From the IMG/VR virus record IMGVR_UViG_3300030376_000956, positions 1 through 32,438 of that record: a stretch of DNA of 32,438 nt, one strand, 5' to 3'. The translations under genes and the position numbers were made by a program. Shown here piece after piece: positions 7,453 to 16,009 of the stretch; the first letter of the stretch is position 1, and each line of letters begins with the position of its first letter. The DNA is from a virus (taxonomy: Duplodnaviria; Caudoviricetes). The notes under the pieces were generated by a model. The model searched no databases. It saw nothing but the letters and a program-made list of their open reading frames with translations, and had not been told where the DNA came from.

Positions 7453-9515
7453 TGCAAAAATTACAGCTTTATATAAGTGGAACGAGAGTAGATTTATTCA
7501 AAGATGAGAGTGTATCTATAACTCAATCAATACAAAATGTAAGAGATATATCTAAAATCTTTACAGAATTTACTCAGTCCTTTACAGTACCTGCCTCTAA
7601 AACAAACAATGTTTTATTTAGACATTACTATAATTTTGATATAACTGTCAATTCTTTTGATGCTAGAAATAAGGTAAGTTCTGAAATTCAATTAAATTAT
7701 ATTCCATTTAAAACAGGATATATAAAATTGGAGGGTGTAGAGATGAAAAAGAATAAGGCTTATGCCTATAAAATAACTTTCTTTGGTAATACTGTAAATT
7801 TAAAAGATGTTTTAGGAGAGGATGAGTTAAGTGCCTTAACCTCTTTAAACAGTAATAACCTGCCTTATAATTTTTCTAATATCAGAAACGAATTAACTTC
7901 TACTATGGGGAATATTATAGTACCATTAATTACACACACTAGACAACTTTATTATGATAGTACACCTGCAAATTATGCTAATGGAAATCTATACTGGGTA
8001 GATGCTTCAAGTGTTAATGGTGTTTATTGGAGTGATTTAAAGTATGCTATTAGATTAGATGCAATTTTAAGAGCAATAGAAAGTGAGTATAATTTAACTT
8101 TCTCAAATAATTTCTTTGTTTCAAGTAATACAACTTGGTACAATTTATATCTATGGTTACATAGAAAAAAAGGAGATGTAGAACCTGCTCAACAGGTATC
8201 TATGCAATTCCAACAATTAACAGGATTCTCAGCATATAATACAGCTAGTCCACAAACAAGCACTTCAGCAGGAGGTATAAACATACCTGTTCCTCTTGTA
8301 ACCTATCCAAGTTCTATAACAGGATTTAGTTTATCTTTTATTGCTGCAACTGCTAATACTGATTATACAATTAGAGTTTTTAGAAATGGATCACAAGTTT
8401 ACCAAAAACAAAATGTTCAAAATACTCAAATAATTACTGAATCAGATTTTACAATGCAAAGTGGAACTTATACAGTATCGGTAGGATCAACAAGTACAGT
8501 AACATTTAATTCAGGGGATATTAGATGGCAAATATCTGGAGAGCTTGGAGGGGAAACTATTGCAGGAAGTTGGACTGATGAATGGAGGTCTAATAGTTCT
8601 TTAAGCACCTCCACTACTTTTGATTTTGTAATATCAGAACAAATACCTAAAATGAAAATTATAGACTTTCTCTCATCTATATTTAAGATGTTTAATTTAA
8701 CTGCTTATGTTAATGAGGTAGGAACTATAGTTGTTCAAAAATTAGATGATTATTATAATGAGGGTAAAGGCTCAGCAGTAGGTACTACAGCTTGGGATAT
8801 AAACGACTATGTAGATGTGGAAAAAAGTGCAGTAGATATTGCCTTACCATTTAAAGAAATTAAATTTAAGTATAAAGGATTAGGAAGTTATTTAGCTAAA
8901 CAATATGAACAACTAGAAAACTCAGGATGGGGTTCTTTAAACTATTCAGATGGCTCAGATTTTTCTGCTCCTCAAAATGATTATACTATAGAAGTGCCTT
9001 TTGAACATATACAATATCAAAGATTAGTAAATCAAACAGGAAGTGCAAATACAGATATACAATGGGGGTGGATGGTAGATGATAATAAAGCCTCTTATTA
9101 TGGAGACCCTGTGATATTTTATGCTCTTTATCAAACAAGTGCTACTTCTATAAGTGTAAAAAGTGATACAACTACTTATGAAACAACTGCTTATGTGATA
9201 CCCTCTAATAGTAAGGCTTTAGCATCAGGCACTAGCACAGAAAATATAAATTTTAATGCTGAAATAAACGAATATACAGGAGGTTCTACATTTACAGGCT
9301 CTTTATTTGAGAATAATTATAAGACTTATATACAAAATGTCTTTAATAGTAAACAAAGATTAACAAAGGTAAAGGCTTATTTGCCATTAAAAATGATATA
9401 TAATTTAAAATTAAACGATAAAATTTCGTTAAATAACTATACATATAGAATTAATAGTATAACAACTAACCTAATAACAGGAGAAAGTAGTTTAGAATTA
9501 TTAAATGTAACATAA
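7452..9515 (+). CDS. Tail tip / baseplate hub protein
   Basis: 687 aa; N-terminal VDLFKDE...FTQSFTVPASKTNN and C-terminal OB-like YRINSITTNL; adjacent to the tape measure gene. Confidence 0.65.
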   Translation: MQKLQLYISGTRVDLFKDESVSITQSIQNVRDISKIFTEFTQSFTVPASKTNNVLFRHYYNFDITVNSFDARNKVSSEIQLNYIPFKTGYIKLEGVEMKKNKAYAYKITFFGNTVNLKDVLGEDELSALTSLNSNNLPYNFSNIRNELTSTMGNIIVPLITHTRQLYYDSTPANYANGNLYWVDASSVNGVYWSDLKYAIRLDAILRAIESEYNLTFSNNFFVSSNTTWYNLYLWLHRKKGDVEPAQQVSMQFQQLTGFSAYNTASPQTSTSAGGINIPVPLVTYPSSITGFSLSFIAATANTDYTIRVFRNGSQVYQKQNVQNTQIITESDFTMQSGTYTVSVGSTSTVTFNSGDIRWQISGELGGETIAGSWTDEWRSNSSLSTSTTFDFVISEQIPKMKIIDFLSSIFKMFNLTAYVNEVGTIVVQKLDDYYNEGKGSAVGTTAWDINDYVDVEKSAVDIALPFKEIKFKYKGLGSYLAKQYEQLENSGWGSLNYSDGSDFSAPQNDYTIEVPFEHIQYQRLVNQTGSANTDIQWGWMVDDNKASYYGDPVIFYALYQTSATSISVKSDTTTYETTAYVIPSNSKALASGTSTENINFNAEINEYTGGSTFTGSLFENNYKTYIQNVFNSKQRLTKVKAYLPLKMIYNLKLNDKISLNNYTYRINSITTNLITGESSLELLNVT

Positions 9516-9667
9516 TGATAAAAAATATAATAGACTTATTACAAGTAACAAAAGGAGAAACAGAAAATATTAGGATAGCTCAAGGAAAATTTAAACTTGC
9601 TGAGAGTTTTAAAGAAATGGTTAAACAAATTAAACAAAATAATTATGCCAAAAAAAGTAGTAGTTGA
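9515..9667 (+). CDS. Small hypothetical protein (50 aa)
   Basis: MIKNIIDLLQVTKGETENIRIAQGKFKLAESFKEMVKQIKQNNYAKKSSS*; TAATG coupling. Confidence 0.6.
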   Translation: MIKNIIDLLQVTKGETENIRIAQGKFKLAESFKEMVKQIKQNNYAKKSSS

Positions 9668-11459
9668 TTTTGAGTTAAAATACAAAGAAGCAGCAAAAAA
9701 TCTTGATGATTTCCAAAAAGAGTATTCTAAACTTGAAAAGCAAGTTGTAGATGCTAATAAAAAAACTGCTGAATCGGTTAAAGATGTAGGAAAATCAGCA
9801 GAACAATCTTCAGGTAAACTTAAAAAAGTAGGATCAGCTATAGGAGGTTTAGCTAAATTTACAGGTGTTTTATTTATTGTACAAAAAGCCTTTGAGTTTA
9901 TATCAGAAGCAGTAAGCAATAACCAGACTGTTATGGATAGTTTAAGGGTAGGTTTTGAAACTGCACAAATTATATTCAATCAAGTAGCAGATGCTATATT
10001 TAGTAACTCAGAAAACTTTGATGCTCTAGGTAGAATAATGAGTAATGTACTTACTATAGCATTAACACCATTTAAACTGGCTTTTAATGGAATTAAAGCA
10101 GCAGTTCTCGGAGCGCAGTTAGCTTGGGAATCATCATTTTTTGGTGGAGGAGATGAAGATAAAATAGCAAGTCTTAAACAACAGTTAGCCGAAATAAAAG
10201 ATGATGTAGTAGAAATAGGTACTGATGCTGTAGAAGCAGCAGGGGGTATTGTAAATGATTTTGGCGAAGCAATATCAGAAGTTGGAAATATAGCAACCAT
10301 AACAACAAATGCTCTTACTGAAGAAAACATAAAAGCTGCTAAAGCTACAGCAGAGAATAATATAGCTTTAAAGAAAAGTGCTGATTTAGCAAGGGTAGCT
10401 AATCAAGGTCTTATAGAAGATTACGACAGACAAGCAGAACAACAAAGACAAATAAGAGACAATGATCTTAATAGTATTCAAGATAGAATTACTGCTAATG
10501 AAACTTTAAAAGCCAAACTAACCGAACAAAAAGAGTTAATGTTAGAAAATGCTCAGGCTATTTTAGCAGCAGCAGAGGCTCAATTTAAACTAACAGGACT
10601 AGATGAGGATAATCTAGCACTACAAGAAGCTAAGAATGAATTAAAGGCAGTAGAAGCTCAAATAGAGGGCTTTATGTCAGAACAAGAATCAAATAGAGTT
10701 GCCTTATTAAAAGAAAAAATGGAACTCCAACAATCTATGGATGAGGGAGATGCTATGAGGAGACAAAGTGAAAGAGATTTTAATGCTGAAATGGAATTAA
10801 ACGAAATGAAAAGGATGCAAATGATTAAAGATAATCTTGTAGCAGAGGCAGAAGCAGAAACAGAAAGATTAACTCTTAAAAGAAATTCTTATAAAGCAGG
10901 TACACAAGCCTATATAGATGCTAATAATGAATTATTAGACTATCAACAAGCAAACCAACAATCTCAAGATAAAATAGATACTGAAATAGCTCATAAGAAA
11001 CAAGACTTAATGACTAATGCTTTGGGTAATATGGCTACAATAGTAGGTAAAAACTCTAAATTTGGAAAAGCAATAGCTTTAGTTCAAGCAATTAGAGATA
11101 CATTTGCAGGAGCAAACAAGGCTTTAGCATCAGCACCTCCTCCATTTAACTTTATTCAGGCAGCAGCAGTTATAGCAGGGGGTATTGCGAATGTTAAAAA
11201 CATAACCAAATCAAAAGAACCAACAGCACCAAGTTTTGCTAAAGGAGGAACAGGTGGAGAACAGGCAGTTGCTATACCATCAGCACCTCCTCCAGTAATT
11301 CCAGACATTAATACTGTGGCTAGTAGTGGCTTCAACCAATTAGCAGATGCTATAGGAGGTCAATCACAACAACCAGTACAGGCTTATGTAGTTTCTAATG
11401 ATGTTACAACAGCACAAAGCCTAGAAAGAAATATAGTTGATGGTGCTGCAATAGGATAA
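9645..11459 (+). CDS. Tail tape measure protein
   Basis: About 604 aa from the ATG at 9645 (MPKKVVVD); long Ala/Glu/Gln-rich helices with hydrophobic Gly/Ala segments. Confidence 0.85.
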   Translation: MPKKVVVDFELKYKEAAKNLDDFQKEYSKLEKQVVDANKKTAESVKDVGKSAEQSSGKLKKVGSAIGGLAKFTGVLFIVQKAFEFISEAVSNNQTVMDSLRVGFETAQIIFNQVADAIFSNSENFDALGRIMSNVLTIALTPFKLAFNGIKAAVLGAQLAWESSFFGGGDEDKIASLKQQLAEIKDDVVEIGTDAVEAAGGIVNDFGEAISEVGNIATITTNALTEENIKAAKATAENNIALKKSADLARVANQGLIEDYDRQAEQQRQIRDNDLNSIQDRITANETLKAKLTEQKELMLENAQAILAAAEAQFKLTGLDEDNLALQEAKNELKAVEAQIEGFMSEQESNRVALLKEKMELQQSMDEGDAMRRQSERDFNAEMELNEMKRMQMIKDNLVAEAEAETERLTLKRNSYKAGTQAYIDANNELLDYQQANQQSQDKIDTEIAHKKQDLMTNALGNMATIVGKNSKFGKAIALVQAIRDTFAGANKALASAPPPFNFIQAAAVIAGGIANVKNITKSKEPTAPSFAKGGTGGEQAVAIPSAPPPVIPDINTVASSGFNQLADAIGGQSQQPVQAYVVSNDVTTAQSLERNIVDGAAIG

Positions 11460-11462
11460 ATA

Positions 11463-11488
11463 CAAAATCAATCAAAAAAATCGTTATA
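11463..11488 (+). promoter_or_regulatory. Putative phage late promoter (CAAAAT-N12-TCGTTATA)
   Basis: Intergenic; 5 nt before the protease ATG. Confidence 0.8.
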
Positions 11489-11493
11489 GAAAT

Positions 11494-12348
11494 ATGAGAA
11501 TTATAGAATTAATCTTAGATGAAGCTCAAAGTATGATGGGCATAGAGGCAATTTCAATAGTAGAAAACCCTGCAATAGAAGAAAATTTTTTAGCATTAAA
11601 GTCTGATGAGATAAAACTTGCAGAAGTTAATAAAGAAAAAAAGATATTAATGGGTGCATTACTTATTCCTAATAAGCCTATATACAGAAAGTCTGGAGAA
11701 GATGAATATTATATTTACTTCTCAAAAGATACAGTAGAAAAAGCCTCACAGCTTTACCTTAAAAATGGTAATCAAAATAATTCAACTCTTGAGCATAAGC
11801 ACGAACTAAATGGCTTAACTCTTGTAGAGAGTTGGATAGTGGAGGATGAGAAGTTTGATAAATCCAGAAAATATGGATTAAATGTACCTGTAGGCACTTG
11901 GATGGGTGCAGTTAAGGTAAACAATGATGATGTTTGGAATGAATATGTTAAGACTGGAAAAGTAAAAGGCTTCTCAATAGAGGGGTACTTTGCAGACAAG
12001 ATGGAAAGACCTAAAGATAATACTACTGGATTAAGTGAACAAAAAGCTGATCTATTACTTAGTGAAATAACAAGTATTGTAAAAGGAGAAAAAGTAGAGT
12101 TAAATAGTGTTAAGGATATTTCAAAATACGAGACTAAGTTAAAAGAAATACAAAAAGGTATTAGAGAATACGAACAATTTAAACAATCAACTAAACCTGA
12201 AATATTAAAAATTGTAAAATGGTTAAACCAATTAAAAGCAGCTATTTTGCAAATAGGTTTATCTTATAAAGATGTGAAAGGTTTAAATGAAGTAAACGAC
12301 CTTTATTGGAAAGTAAACGCTGAAGCAAAATCAAGTAAAATAATATAA
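11494..12348 (+). CDS. XkdF-like prohead protease with C-terminal helical extension
   Basis: STLEH, LVESWIV, PVGTWMGAVKV, W...VKTGKVKGFSIEG motifs; extension after KVEL (12091-12102). Confidence 0.85.
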   Translation: MRIIELILDEAQSMMGIEAISIVENPAIEENFLALKSDEIKLAEVNKEKKILMGALLIPNKPIYRKSGEDEYYIYFSKDTVEKASQLYLKNGNQNNSTLEHKHELNGLTLVESWIVEDEKFDKSRKYGLNVPVGTWMGAVKVNNDDVWNEYVKTGKVKGFSIEGYFADKMERPKDNTTGLSEQKADLLLSEITSIVKGEKVELNSVKDISKYETKLKEIQKGIREYEQFKQSTKPEILKIVKWLNQLKAAILQIGLSYKDVKGLNEVNDLYWKVNAEAKSSKII

Positions 12349-12821
12349 AATGATAAATAAAAACGAACTCCAAAAAGTATTTGATAGACTATCTGATGAA
12401 AAGGTAGAACTAGAAAGAGTAGAACTAGCAAGAAAACCTAAATCTATTTTAAAAGATGCAATAGACTTAGATAAAAGACTGCTAAAAAGTTCTTCAGTTA
12501 TGGATAGAAAATATTTAGATTATGTTAAAGTACATCAAAAATGGGATAATGAATTAAAACAATACAAGCAAGATGTAGGAAAATTAATAAATGATAGTGC
12601 AGAAGTTTCAAAAGCTCTAATAGATTTAGGTTTAAGACCAAATGATGTACCAGAAGTTTTAGAAGCTAATAAAAGGAACGCAAAGGTAAGTCAAATAATA
12701 GATGACTATAAAAAATTATATCCTAAAATAAATTAATTTAAAATGATAAATAAAAACGAAATCCAAAAAATATTTAATAAGCTCCCTGAAGATAAGGTAG
12801 AACTAGAAAAAATAGAATTAG
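12346..12821 (+). repeat. Two imperfect ~80-bp direct repeats (12346-12428 and 12739-12821) encoding a shared N-terminal leader
   Basis: Identical blocks TAAAATGATAAATAAAAACGAA (22 nt) and AAGGTAGAACTAGAAA (16 nt); period 393 bp. Confidence 0.9.
12350..12736 (+). CDS. KVEL-leader helical protein 1 (putative internal head protein)
   Basis: Leader MINKNELQKVFDRLSDEKVELERVEL; lies between protease and scaffold. Confidence 0.7.
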   Translation: MINKNELQKVFDRLSDEKVELERVELARKPKSILKDAIDLDKRLLKSSSVMDRKYLDYVKVHQKWDNELKQYKQDVGKLINDSAEVSKALIDLGLRPNDVPEVLEANKRNAKVSQIIDDYKKLYPKIN

Positions 12822-13105
12822 GTTTAGTTGATGATGCTTTAAAGTGGATTAAAGGTGTAAAAATCTTTGGAAAAAACATAGACATTGATGAAGATGAGCT
12901 TAATAAAGTAAAATTATCTATAAAAATGGATATTGAATCTATACAAGAGGATTTAAATGCTTTAAAAAAAGGTATTAAGGCAGTAGAAGCAGCAGCAAAA
13001 GATTTAGGAGTTAGTCCTAACGACATACCTAAATATAAAGAAGCATTAAGTGCTGTTCAATATGGAGAAAAACAAATTCAAAAGGGTAAAAAACTATTAA
13101 AATAA
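12743..13105 (+). CDS. KVEL-leader helical protein 2 (putative internal head protein)
   Basis: Leader MINKNEIQKIFNKLPEDKVELEKIEL, 17/26 identical to protein 1. Confidence 0.7.
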   Translation: MINKNEIQKIFNKLPEDKVELEKIELGLVDDALKWIKGVKIFGKNIDIDEDELNKVKLSIKMDIESIQEDLNALKKGIKAVEAAAKDLGVSPNDIPKYKEALSAVQYGEKQIQKGKKLLK

Positions 13106-13106
13106 A

Positions 13107-13262
13107 ATGAGAAGTCAAAAAGTATTTATCCCAAGTATAGCAAGTCCAAAAGGAAATTCAAGAGCTTGTTATTGTAAAGACAGAAACACTTACTCTAGGG
13201 AGTGCTGCGATGGCTCATTATGGGCGCAAGGCATAGGGGTAATTAGTAGAACTGCATCTTGA
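13107..13262 (+). CDS. Small Cys-rich protein (51 aa)
   Basis: MRSQKVFIPSIASPKGNSRACYCKDRNTYSRECCDGSLWAQGIGVISRTAS*; fills the gap exactly. Confidence 0.7.
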   Translation: MRSQKVFIPSIASPKGNSRACYCKDRNTYSRECCDGSLWAQGIGVISRTAS

Positions 13263-13267
13263 AAATG

Positions 13268-13293
13268 CAAAATTAAAATTAATAATCGTTATA
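13268..13293 (+). promoter_or_regulatory. Putative phage late promoter (CAAAAT-N12-TCGTTATA)
   Basis: Intergenic; upstream of scaffold and capsid genes. Confidence 0.8.
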
Positions 13294-13302
13294 AGTATAA
13301 TT

Positions 13303-13947
13303 ATGAAAAGTAGTGAAATGATAAACAAAATTCGTACACTCCTTGACCTTGAAGTAAAACTTGAGGAGAGGAAGTTAGAGAATGGTACTGTTGTAGAAGC
13401 AGATTCATTTGAAAAAGGCAGAGATATTTTTATCAAAACAGATGATGAAAAGGTCGCAATGCCAGTTGGCGAGTATATCCTAGAATCAGGCGAGTTAATC
13501 GTTGTTGAGGAGGAGGGTGTAATTGCTGATGTAAGAGAAGTATCTGATGAAGTTCCTCAAAAAGAGGAAGAAACATCGGATTTAGAAGAAAGTCCTGCTG
13601 AGAAAGCTGACTGGGCTAAGTCTTACGAAGAATTAAAAGATAGAGTTGATAATTTAGAAGATGCTATTGCTGATCTTAAAGGGGATAAAGAACCTAAATC
13701 AGAAGAAGTAGTAGAAGCTGAAGAAGAAACTCCAGATGTAAATAGACAACCTAAGTCTAGGACTATAAAAGAAGAATTTTCTGATGAAGTGTCAGAAGAA
13801 AAATTAAAAGAAGAATTATCTGAACCTGCTGTTGAGCCTATTAAACATAGTCCTGAAGCTAAAGTAGAAGTAGATATGTTTTCCTTTTCACAAAAAAGAA
13901 AATCTACCACTATGGATAGGATTCTTGATAAAATAATTAATAATTAA
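13303..13947 (+). CDS. Capsid scaffolding protein
   Basis: Very acidic, short coiled coil, basic C-terminal helix; immediately upstream of the capsid gene. Confidence 0.75.
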   Translation: MKSSEMINKIRTLLDLEVKLEERKLENGTVVEADSFEKGRDIFIKTDDEKVAMPVGEYILESGELIVVEEEGVIADVREVSDEVPQKEEETSDLEESPAEKADWAKSYEELKDRVDNLEDAIADLKGDKEPKSEEVVEAEEETPDVNRQPKSRTIKEEFSDEVSEEKLKEELSEPAVEPIKHSPEAKVEVDMFSFSQKRKSTTMDRILDKIINN

Positions 13948-13961
13948 TAAATAAATAAAAA

Positions 13962-14888
13962 ATGGCTTTAAGTATAACTTCAACTTATGCAGGGCAGTTT
14001 GCAGGAAAATATATAGCAGCAGCTCTACTTTCTTCAAACACTATCGAAAAAGGTGGTATTGAAGTAAAACCGAATATCGCTTATAAAGAAGTGATTAAAA
14101 AAGTTGCGACAGCATCTTTAATTCAAAATTCAGCTTGTGATTTTACTAATGCAGGAGATGTAACTCTTACAGAAAGAATCATACAGCCTGAGCAGTTTAT
14201 GGTAAATTTGGAACTTTGTAAAACTCCATTTATTTCAGACTGGGAATCAGCACAAATGGGATATTCTTCTTTCAAAAAGATGCCTCCTAAATTTAGTGAT
14301 TTCTTAATTGCTCAAGTTGGTGCAGAAATAGCTCAAAAAAATGAGCAAAATATTTGGAATGGTGTTAATGCAACAGCAGGACAATATGATGGTCTAGTAA
14401 CTCTAGCAAAAGCAGATGCTGATGTTTCTGATATTACAGGAACAACTGTAACTCACGCTAATGTAGTAGCTGAAATGGCTAAAGTAGTAGATGCTTGTCC
14501 ATCAGCTCTTTATGGAAAAGAAGATTTAAACCTTTATGTATCTCAAAATGTAGCTAAGGCTTATGTTAGAGCTATGGGTGGTTACTCTATTGGAGTAGGT
14601 GCTAATGGTGTAGATAACAAAGGACAAATGTGGTATTCTGGTCAAGACCTTTCGGTAGATGGAGTAAACATTTTCCTTGCTAATGGTCTTAATGACAACC
14701 AAATGGTATTAGCTCAAAAATCTAATCTATATTTTGGAACTGGTATCTTAAATGATATGAATTTAGTAAAAGTTTTAGATATGGCAGACCTTGATGGTTC
14801 TGACAATGTGAGATTTATCGCTAGATTTAGTGCTTCAGTTCAATATGGATATGGAAGTGAAATAGTACTTTACGATCCAACAGTATAA
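13962..14888 (+). CDS. Major capsid protein
   Basis: 308 aa after the scaffold; IAQKNEQNIWNG...YDGL pattern typical of HK97-fold capsids; followed by a terminator. Confidence 0.85.
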   Translation: MALSITSTYAGQFAGKYIAAALLSSNTIEKGGIEVKPNIAYKEVIKKVATASLIQNSACDFTNAGDVTLTERIIQPEQFMVNLELCKTPFISDWESAQMGYSSFKKMPPKFSDFLIAQVGAEIAQKNEQNIWNGVNATAGQYDGLVTLAKADADVSDITGTTVTHANVVAEMAKVVDACPSALYGKEDLNLYVSQNVAKAYVRAMGGYSIGVGANGVDNKGQMWYSGQDLSVDGVNIFLANGLNDNQMVLAQKSNLYFGTGILNDMNLVKVLDMADLDGSDNVRFIARFSASVQYGYGSEIVLYDPTV

Positions 14889-14897
14889 TAATTATAT

Positions 14898-14927
14898 AAA
14901 AGGGTAGCATAATACCTACCCTTTTTT
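14898..14927 (+). terminator. Intrinsic terminator
   Basis: AGGGTAG/CTACCCT stem with flanking A and T tracts. Confidence 0.8.
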
Positions 14928-14948
14928 AACCTTTAAAAAAATAAAACT

Positions 14949-15476
14949 ATGGCTTGTGCTTTAACAACAGGAAGAAAATTACCTTGTAAGACTGGTTTTG
15001 GTGGTGTTAAAAAGGTGTACTTTTGTGATTATGGAACTTTAGGAGCAGTAACTGTAGATGCTGATGGCACTATATCTGCTATTGCAGGTTCTGAAGCGTG
15101 GTTTGAATTTGATGTAAAAGGGAACTCATCTCTTGAAACATCAATAACAAGTTCTCGTGAAAATGGTACGACTTTTTATACACAAACACTTAATCTTACT
15201 TTACCATATTTAGATAACGCTACTCAACAAGAATTACAACTTCTTGCTGTTAGCAGACCTCATTTAGTGGTAGAAGATTATTTAGGAAACCAACTCTTAT
15301 GTGGCTTAGAAAATGGAGTTGAGTGTACTGGTGGAACAATAGTAACTGGTGCAGCAGCAGGGGATTTATATGGCTTTACGATGACTTTTGAGGGTCAGGA
15401 AGAAAAAGCTCCTGCATTTATAGATTCAGGTGTTATTACATCTGCTATCTCAGCAACTCAAATCACACCTAACTAA
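14949..15476 (+). CDS. Major tail (tube) protein
   Basis: 175 aa, beta-rich; MAC...C...GGVK N-terminus, SRENGTTFYTQTL, GFTMTFEGQE. Confidence 0.75.
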   Translation: MACALTTGRKLPCKTGFGGVKKVYFCDYGTLGAVTVDADGTISAIAGSEAWFEFDVKGNSSLETSITSSRENGTTFYTQTLNLTLPYLDNATQQELQLLAVSRPHLVVEDYLGNQLLCGLENGVECTGGTIVTGAAAGDLYGFTMTFEGQEEKAPAFIDSGVITSAISATQITPN

Positions 15477-15500
15477 TCAATTCTAAATATTAGTATAATC

Positions 15501-15527
15501 AAAGCACTCTTTAAGGGTGCTTTTTTT
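15501..15527 (+). terminator. Intrinsic terminator
   Basis: AAAGCACTCT/AGGGTGCTTT stem followed by a T tract. Confidence 0.85.
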
Positions 15528-15533
15528 ATTTTA

Positions 15534-15559
15534 CAAATTGACTTATTTTATTCGTTATA
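15534..15559 (+). promoter_or_regulatory. Putative phage late promoter (CAAATT-N12-TCGTTATA)
   Basis: Directly after a terminator; 6 nt before the ATG. Confidence 0.8.
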
Positions 15560-15565
15560 TACATA

Positions 15566-16009
15566 ATGATAGTAGTAACGACCACAGCATTACAAGAGTT
15601 AAAAATAATTCCTAGATATTTTCTAGGGGAATTTAATATTGATGTAAGAGATACAAGTCTTAATAAGACATTTAGTTATTTTGAACAAACAACCACAACA
15701 AGTGGTAATTATTTAACATTTTCAAACTCTTATGTAGATGGAAGTGGTAACTCAATATTTAAAGAAGCTAGATTTTATGATATAGATTTATATGCTGATT
15801 TTAACTATTGGAATATGAATTTAAGCCTCTGGGAATTATACGATGAAGTATGGGAAACAGATTCAGACCAAAAAGAAAGAATTTATAAAGATAGGATATT
15901 CTGCACAGATCAGGATATAGACCAAAAGAATGATAATGACCATTATAATATAAACAAGGGTCAATTTACTACTAATAATTCATTTGATAATGAGTATATT
16001 GTAATATGA
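15566..16009 (+). CDS. Putative virion structural protein
   Basis: 147 aa, acidic; ATGA-coupled to the portal gene. Confidence 0.6.
   Translation: MIVVTTTALQELKIIPRYFLGEFNIDVRDTSLNKTFSYFEQTTTTSGNYLTFSNSYVDGSGNSIFKEARFYDIDLYADFNYWNMNLSLWELYDEVWETDSDQKERIYKDRIFCTDQDIDQKNDNDHYNINKGQFTTNNSFDNEYIVI

Noticed and set aside
9597-9644. TTG-start N-terminal extension of the tape measure protein
   Set aside because: The ATG at 9645 has a typical AT-rich leader, and the extension overlaps the coupled 9515-9667 ORF
12346-12821. CRISPR-like or attC-like repeat array
   Set aside because: Only two imperfect copies, in frame and protein-coding, 393 bp apart, with no cas or integrase genes
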